From: the human T2T-CHM13v2.0 reference genome, Homo sapiens
Reading direction: 5' to 3' (one strand)
Length of the DNA: 64,000 bases
Assembly: GCF_009914755.1 (NCBI RefSeq)
Contig: NC_060926.1
This document shows, piece after piece, positions 60,022 through 64,000 of the stretch; the stretch's first letter is position 1; every line of letters begins with the position of its first letter. The notes under the pieces were generated by a model that made no database searches, was not told the DNA's origin, and saw only the letters and a program-made list of their open reading frames with translations. The position numbers were made by a program, and so were the translations under genes.

Positions 60022-60164
60022 TCTCATAGACTGTTAAATATTTGGGCATTTTGATTTGGAATAGTTTCTGAATATCATAATGGCCCTATTATTATTAAAG
60101 CCTGGTATAAAAAGGTTCTTGAAGAGGAGCTGGAATAAAGTAGACACCCACTAAAACGGTAGCT

Positions 60165-60195
60165 ATGATGATGAAGATGTTGATGTTGTTGATAT

Positions 60196-60231
<36 letters not shown>
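60165..60231. repeat. Compound trinucleotide repeat with (TGC)7 core
   Basis: GAT/GTT/GCT triplets; pure (TGC)7 at 60202-60222. Confidence 0.9.
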
Positions 60232-61414
60232 AGGAGGGAGTATCCTCTTGGATCTAAATTTAGAGCTCAGAAGTCAGGTCTGCATGCGATATTTGAAAGA
60301 CAAATTAGGAAAGAAAAGAAAAACTCAACTGCCACTTGAGACCTCCAGTGCATGAGTAAAAGATCAATGATTCACTATTGCCTAATAATTGCCTGCCCAT
60401 TATAAACTGTTACTAGTGTGCTCAAAAATGGCTCCCCAGAGGAAGCCCATGGTCCAATGTGCATGTTTGATTCTTTTTGGACAATTATACACACATAGTT
60501 ATATATAGATAGGTAGATAGATAGATAGATATAGATATATGTAAAGTCATTACGTGTGTGTGTGTGCATGCACATGTGCATAAAGTCATTCCACTTCTTA
60601 GTGACCTAGGCATGGTACTGGCATTTATCCAGGCACATGACTGATACTTATTTAACTTTCAGAAACTCTGTTAACTAATTAAATAATTAAAAATATCACT
60701 TTATTCACAGAAATATGACTCTTATTTTAACTCTTTCTAGGAAATCTATAGGTTTCACAAGTATATTTTTATGAAAACTTAAACAGATTAAGTGGGGAGG
60801 AATTCTCTACTAAATTAGGCAATTTCAGGTGTCCCTAGAGAGCTGATAACTGGGCAACACGTGAGGATTCTCTTACAAACTGTAAAATGATCTAAATGTA
60901 TTCTGTTTTTGAATATAATAACTTACAAATGCATATTTACTATGTTCTATAAAAATAAATGCAAGTAACTGCCAGATCTAACAGAGCATTGTATGTGTCT
61001 CTACCAAAGTCAAAAGCATGTTGATTAAGCACAGTGCTTGACAAAAAGGCAAGGTTAACTCATTTCTGGGGTGTAAAGAAGAATACCCATAACCAATTTA
61101 TTTTTCCCCACAGACCATGCTTGATAGGCTAATAGTATTACAAAGCTGCCACACCATTCACTACACTTTAACTCACATCCAAATCATTTTCAGAGAACCC
61201 ACATAGAAATGTGAGTAAAGTAAAGGGCTATACTCTAAATGCAGAATAATACATAGTTTTTTATTTAACTATGTACTCTTGGGTTGTGTCATAATAAATG
61301 GAGATGGAGAGACAAAATGATATATTCATATTGTTGTATAGTGTGTAAGTGGAGAACACAAGAACACTGACTAATACACTATACCACATTATTAATGAAA
61401 ATAAGAGATTGGTT

Positions 61415-61441
61415 AATCTATCATCTATCTATCTATAGATC

Positions 61442-61486
<45 letters not shown>

Positions 61487-61956
61487 ATCTATCAAGAGAC
61501 AGATACAGAGACAAAGACAGAAAGAGGAGGGAGATTTACTATGAAGAAGCAGCTCACACAATTATGGAAGTCAAGAAGTCCCACAATCTGCCATCTGCAA
61601 GCTGAAGACGCAAAAGATCCAGGGTTCTAATTTCAGTCCAAGTGCAAAGACCTGACAAGCAGGTGAGCCAATGGTGTAAATCCCAGTCCGAGGGCAGGAG
61701 AAGACTAATATCCCAGCTCAAAGCCAGGTAGAAAGAAAAAGGGATAAATCCCTCTTTGCTATGCCTTTTAGTTCTATTCAGGGCCTCAAAAGATGTTATA
61801 ATGTCCACTCACATTGGGGAGAGAAATCGGCTTTACTGAGTTCATGATTCTAATACTAATTTCTTCCAAAAACATCTTCATAAACACAGAGAGAAATATG
61901 TTTAATCTCGGCACCCTGTGCAGGAGTAAAGTTAACATATAAAATTAACCATCACA
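61415..61956 (-). mobile_element. MLT2B-like ERVL LTR
   Basis: GCTCACACAATTATGGAAGTCAAGAAGTCCCACAATCTGCCATCTGCAAGCTG...ATAAAATTAACCATCACA. Confidence 0.88.
61443..61486. repeat. (TATC)11 tetranucleotide STR
   Basis: Perfect run with degenerate TCTA flanks, lying at the usual STR position of an MLT2 LTR. Confidence 0.96.
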
Positions 61957-62069
61957 GTTAGCTACAAGAGCTAAGCTTAACAGTCACATTGCAATCACTG
62001 TCTTTCATGTATGTGAGCACTATATACATGTCTCTTTAGTGTAAGCCATTGTGGAAGTGTCAGCAGACT

Positions 62070-62241
62070 TTACTCATTTTCTTTCTTCTTTTACTCTCTC
62101 AATTTTTTTCCTTCTCCTTTCATTTTGCCTTTCTTTTCTTTCCTCCACTTATTGCCTTTTTCTTCTCTCCCTTTTTTCATCCTTTTTTCTTGGTTTTTCT
62201 TATTTTTCTGTTTATTTCCCTTTTTTTTTTTTTGCTTTCTT
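62070..62241. repeat. T-rich polypyrimidine low-complexity tract
   Basis: ~170 bp composed mostly of T and C. Confidence 0.85.
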
Positions 62242-62912
62242 GATATTTACCCAAAGGAGTTGAAAACTTGTATCTACACAAAAACCTGCACATGGTTGCT
62301 TATAGCAGCTTCATTTATAATTGCCAAAACTTGGAAGCAACTAAGATGTTCTTCAATAGGTGAAAGGATAAACAGACTGTGGTACAGCCAGACAATGAAA
62401 TATTATTCAGTGCTAAAAAGAGATAAAACCATGGCAGAAACTTAAATGCATGTTTCTAAGTGAAATAAGTCAATCTGAAAAGGCTACATACTGTATGATT
62501 CCAATCATATTACATTCCAGGAAAGGCAAAAATACAAAGAGAGTAAAAATATTGGTAGTTGCTAAAGGTTAGAGGCGAGGGAGGGACAAACAGGCAGAGA
62601 ACAGATGATTTTTAGGGCAGTAAAACTATTCTGTGTGGTACTATAATGGTGGATCATTTCATTCATTATACATTGTTCAAACCGATAGAATGTACACCAC
62701 CAAGAGTGAATTCTAATGTAAACAACGGACTGTGGCGATTTTGAGATTTCAATGTAAGCTGAATTTCAAAAAATGTACCACTCCAGTGTGGATGTTGATA
62801 ATGGGGGAGGCTATGCATGTGTGGGGACAAGGAGTATTATGGGATATCTCTGTACTTTCCTCTCAATTTTGCTGTGAACCTAAAACAGCTCTGAAAGATA
62901 ATGTCTTATATA
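62242..62912 (+). mobile_element. L1MC1-like 3' end
   Basis: ATTTACCCAAAGGAGTTGAAAACTTG...GATGTTGATAATGGGGGAGGCTATGCATGTGTGGGG...TTTTGCTGTGAACCTAAAAC. Confidence 0.85.
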
Positions 62913-62914
62913 TA

Positions 62915-63232
62915 AACCAAGCCCAGACACAAAAGGACAAATATGTGATTCCACTTATATATGCGATATCTCAAACGGGCAAATTTACAGAGACGGAAAA
63001 ACATTAGAAGTTACTAGGATCCAAGAGAAATGGGGGATAAAATAATATTGCCTTATGGGTACAGTTTCTGTTTGGGGTAATGAAAAATTTTGGGTAGACA
63101 GTGGTCAAAGTTGCAAAACTTTGTAAATATGATTAATGCCACTGTATTGTACATTTAAAAATGGTTAAAATGGCAAATTTTATGGTGCACATAACCACAA
63201 TAAATAAAAAAAATCAAAAAGCAAGAAAAAAT
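62915..63232 (+). mobile_element. L1MB-type 3' end
   Basis: CCAGACACAAAAGGACAAATATG...ATTAATGCCACTGTATTGTACATTTAAAAATGGTTAAAATGG plus A-rich tail. Confidence 0.8.
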
Positions 63233-63759
63233 AATTTTAACGTACCAAACGACATTTTACTGACAAGTATTTCATAAACAGTTAAGAAGGATGAAGCCAA
63301 TAATCAATGCCTAACAGCTCACTGACCTTGGAAACAGAACTCCCCACCTGCTTTACTATGCCTTTTGAAAATCTTTGCACTGTAGTCCTTTGGCCATATT
63401 TGGAGTGACATTATATGCATCACACTCTTGAAGTAGATATTACTAAAACATTCTGTGTGCTCATCCTCTACCTTGATCATTGCTGCTACTCTAGTGTTGT
63501 GTGACCAAAATGCTGAATTCACTGCATTTGTTAATCCAAAGGCAGGTGTGGAATTCTTCCTTGGCAAGGAAACATCTATGTATAGGTCTGTCTCCTGGTT
63601 AGATGGGTATTTCTGTGAAATTTGACAGGTGAAGCTCTTCACTAATAGGTTCTTTACATCCTTCCACAAACAAATACCTTTGATCCATTCTTTGTTTCAG
63701 TACACATTTAGACACTGTGCTAATGTGTTTGGAATAGGATCATTACTTAGAAATTGAGA

Positions 63760-63860
63760 GATAAGAATTCTAGTTTGGGCTTTGGTACAAGGTAAGTGAC
63801 CTTGGTAAAAACATATGTTTCTCTTGGCCTTAATAGCCCTTTTGCTAAATGAGGGTTTGG
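63760..63860 (+). mobile_element. MIR fragment
   Basis: GAATTCTAGTTTGG...GTGACCTTGGTAAA...TTCTCTTGGCCTTAATAGCCCTTTTGCTAAATGAGGG. Confidence 0.5.
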
Positions 63861-64000
63861 CTTAGCTTAGTAATTGACAAACGTGTTAGCAGCAAAAAAT
63901 CCTTGCACGCATATACAAACAAGTGAATCTGTTCTGTTTGACATTTCCCCATTCCCTTTCTTCACCTATGAAGCACCAGAGCAAAAGCATTGGACTCAAC

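Overview
AT-rich primate (human-like) genomic DNA, intergenic or deep-intronic, dominated by transposable elements: Alu, L1PA and older L1M, L2/MIR, MaLR/ERVL/ERV1 LTRs, and Tigger/Charlie DNA transposons. I find no supportable host protein-coding exon, RNA gene, CpG island or prokaryotic-type system. Nearly all listed ORFs are L1 ORF2 debris, Alu/STR read-through or chance. The most informative region is a nested TE cluster at ~37.0-48.5 kb. There, two inverted L1PA copies have different subfamily 3' ends yet share about six non-consensus ORF2 variants, suggesting gene conversion or inversion toggling. A short L1 in the same cluster carries both a twin-priming 5' inversion and a probable ~300-bp 3' transduction. 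Also notable are a 5'-inverted AluY with intact TSDs (22.1 kb), two other atypical Alu structures and a deleted ERV provirus with a readable gag remnant. Subfamily names come from my recall of consensus sequences, not from a RepeatMasker run.
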